DNA of 64,000 nt from Mobula hypostoma (lineage: Eukaryota). Location: assembly GCF_963921235.1 (NCBI RefSeq), contig NC_086120.1, positions 9,052,001 to 9,116,000 of the forward strand, given 5' to 3'. Shown here in pieces: positions 61,401-64,000 of this stretch; within the stretch, counting starts at the first letter, position 1; each line of letters begins with the position of its first letter. A program made the position numbers and the translations under genes. Below the pieces are notes generated by a model. It saw only the letters and a program-made list of their open reading frames with translations. It ran no database searches and was not told where the DNA came from.

Positions 61401-64000
61401 CACAGAAACACATAACACAGAAGACCTACAGCACAATACAGGTCCTTGGGCCCACACAGCTGTGCCAAACATGTCCTTACATTAGAAATTACCTCGGGTT
61501 ACCCATTGCCCTGAATTTTTATGAGCTACATCTACCTGTCCAGGAGTCTATTTAAAGACCCTATCGTATCCACTTCCACCATCATCGCCAGCAGCCCATT
61601 CCATGCACTCACCACACTCTGTGTAAAAAACTTACTCCTGACATCTCCTCTGTACCTACTTCCAAACACCTTGAGACTCTGCCTTCTCGTGCTCGCCATT
61701 CGAGCCCTGCGAAAAATCATCTATTCACATGATCAATGCCTCTCATCATTTTATACACCTCTATCAGGTCACCTGTCGTCTTCCATCACTCCAAGGAAAA
61801 AAGGCCGAATTCACTCAACCTATTCTCATAAGGAATGCTCCCCAATCCAGGCGACATCCTTGTAAACCTCCTCTGCCCTCTTTCTATGATTTCCACATCC
61901 TTCCTATAGTGAGGTGACCAGAACTGAGCACAGTACTCCAAGTGGGGTCTGACTAGGGTCCTATACAGCTGCAACATTACCTCTCAGCTCCTAAACACAT
62001 TCCCATGATTGATGAAGGCCAATGCAACATATGCTTTCTTAACCACAGTGTCAATCTTCGCAGCAGCTTTGAACGTCCTATGGACTTGGACCCCAAGATC
62101 CCTCTGATCCTCGACATTGCCAAGAGTCTTACCATTAATACTATACTTTGCCATCATATTTGACCTACCAAAATGAACCACCTCACACTTATCTTGGTTG
62201 AACTCTATCTGCCACTTCTCAGCCCAGTTTTGCATCATATCAATGTCCCACAGTAACAGCTGTCAGCCCACCACACTATCCACAACAACGCAAATCTTTG
62301 TGCCATCAGCAAATTTACTAACCCATCCCTCCACTTCTTCATCCAGATCATTCACAAAAATCAAAAGAGTAAGGGTCCCAGAACAGATCCCTGAGGCACA
62401 CCACTGGTCACCAACCTACATGCAGAATATGACCCGTCTACAACCACTCTTTCCCTTCTGTGGGCAAGCCAGTTCTGGATCTAAAAGCAATGTCCCCTTG
62501 GATCCCATATATCCTTACATTCTCAGTAAGCCTTGCATGGGGTACCTTGGCCTACAGGGACGAGGTCCAGCACCTGGCTGCATGGTGTGCCAACAACAAC
62601 CTGGAACTTAACACCCAGAAGACCAAAGAGATCATTGTGCACTTCAGGCATTCTAGGAGCCACACTCATGTCGCCATTTACATCAACGGAGCTGTAGTGG
62701 AGCGTATATCAAGCTTCAAATTCCTTGGTGTCCACATTTCTGAGGATCTCACCTGGTCCCTGAACTCCTCCACCCTGATCAAAAAGGCGCAACAGAGACC
62801 TTAATTTCTTGCGGAGCATCAAGAAAGCTCACCCCTGTCCCAGGATACTGACAGACTTTTACCGCTGTACCATTGAGAACACACTAACCAACTGCATCTC
62901 AGTGTGGTATTGCAATTGTCCTGTATCAGACTGCAAATCACTCCAGTGTGTGGTGAAAACTGCTCTGCGGATTATTGGAACCAAATTGCCCAACATTGAG
63001 AACATCTACCGTAAATGCTGCCTGGGCAGGGCGAAAAGCATTATCAAGGATGCATCTCACCCTAACCATGGACTTTTTACTCTCCTCCCATCCAGAAGGC
63101 GCTACAGGAGCCTCCGCTCCCGCACCAGCAGGCACAGGAAGAGCTTCTTCCCTGAGGCTTTGACCCTGCTGAACCTCACATCACAGCACTAAACAGTATT
63201 GCACTCGTATTGTACAGTTTCAGTGCTTTTGTATTTGTGTGATGTAGCACTTTTTATTCACAGTTATTTTGTGAATAACACTATTCTTTGCTTTTCTGGT
63301 TAGATGCTAAATGTAATTCATTGGCTTTGTATCTGTACTCAGCACAATGACAATAAATGTGAATCTAATCTAATCTAATCTAATCTAATCTAACCTTGTC
63401 AAATGCCTTGCTGAAATCCATATACACTACATCTACTGCTCTACCTTCATCAATGTGTTCGGTCACATGCTCAAAAAATTCAATCAGGCTCGTAAGGCAC
63501 GACCTGCCTTTCACAAAGCCATGCTGACTATTCCTAATCATATTATACCTCCCCAAATGTTCATAAATCCTGCCTCTCAGGATCTTCTCCATCAACTTAC
63601 CAACCACTGAAGTAAGACTTACTGGTCTACAATTTCCTGGGCTATCTCCACTCCCTTGCTTGAACAATTGAACTACATCCACATCCCTGCAATCCTCCGG
63701 AACCTTTCCCGTCCCCATTAATGATGCAAAGATCATCAGCAGAGGCTGAGCAATCTCCTCCCTCACCTTCCACAGTAGTTTGCGGTTCATGTTATCTGGT
63801 CCTGGTGGCTTATCCAACTTGATGCTTTCCAAAACCTCCAGCATAGCCTCTTTCTTAATATCTGCATGCTCAAACGTTTCAGTCCACTGTAAATCAGTCC
63901 TACATCACCAAGATCCTTTTCCATAGTGAATTCTGAAGCAAAGTACTCATTAAGTATCTCTGCTATCTCCTATGGTTCCATACACACTTTTCCACTTTCA
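61401..64000 (-). mobile_element. CR1 LINE (RT plus 3' end), interrupted by a Rex-type element; runs off the window end
   Basis: ORF 63380..63844 ([32 protein letters not shown]), 61984..62238, 61786..61977 (RPHLEYCAQFWSPHY). Confidence 0.9.
62550..63392 (+). mobile_element. 5'-truncated Rex1/Babar-type LINE with TSD
   Basis: YRDEVQHLAAWCANNNLELNTQKTKEIIV, FLGVHISEDLTW, LLPSRRRYRS; (AATCT)n tail 63362-63392; TSD ACCTTG at 62544-62549 and 63393-63398. Confidence 0.9.

Overview
Eukaryotic, transposon-dense genomic DNA, inferred to come from a cartilaginous fish and probably a ray (CR1-rich, HE1-like SINE remnants, cluster-type Ig gene). The only host gene I can support is one apparently intact immunoglobulin light-chain minilocus on the + strand. 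It has an octamer/TATA promoter, a leader exon (44894-44939), an exon in which V and J are already fused in frame with no RSS (45026-45385), a C exon (47415-47737) and polyA signals, and it splices to 242 aa. Its V and C motifs look like the sigma (shark type IV) isotype, which I recall being described as rearranging rather than pre-joined. The region downstream of the gene (about 49.8-59.1 kb) is colinear with about 1.0-14.6 kb once younger insertions are removed. This old segmental duplication predicts a sister Ig cluster just 5' of the window. The rest is nested retroelements: many CR1 LINEs, Rex1/Babar-type LINE ends, a two-LTR Gmr1-like Gypsy element (integrase before RT, catalytic core deleted in frame), decayed Gypsy relics, two related LTRs with internal VNTRs, and Penelope-like termini. 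One Penelope terminus carries an intact minimal hammerhead ribozyme about 1.1 kb upstream of the Ig promoter. Family names and the isotype come from motif recognition, not database searches, and the boundaries of decayed elements are approximate.
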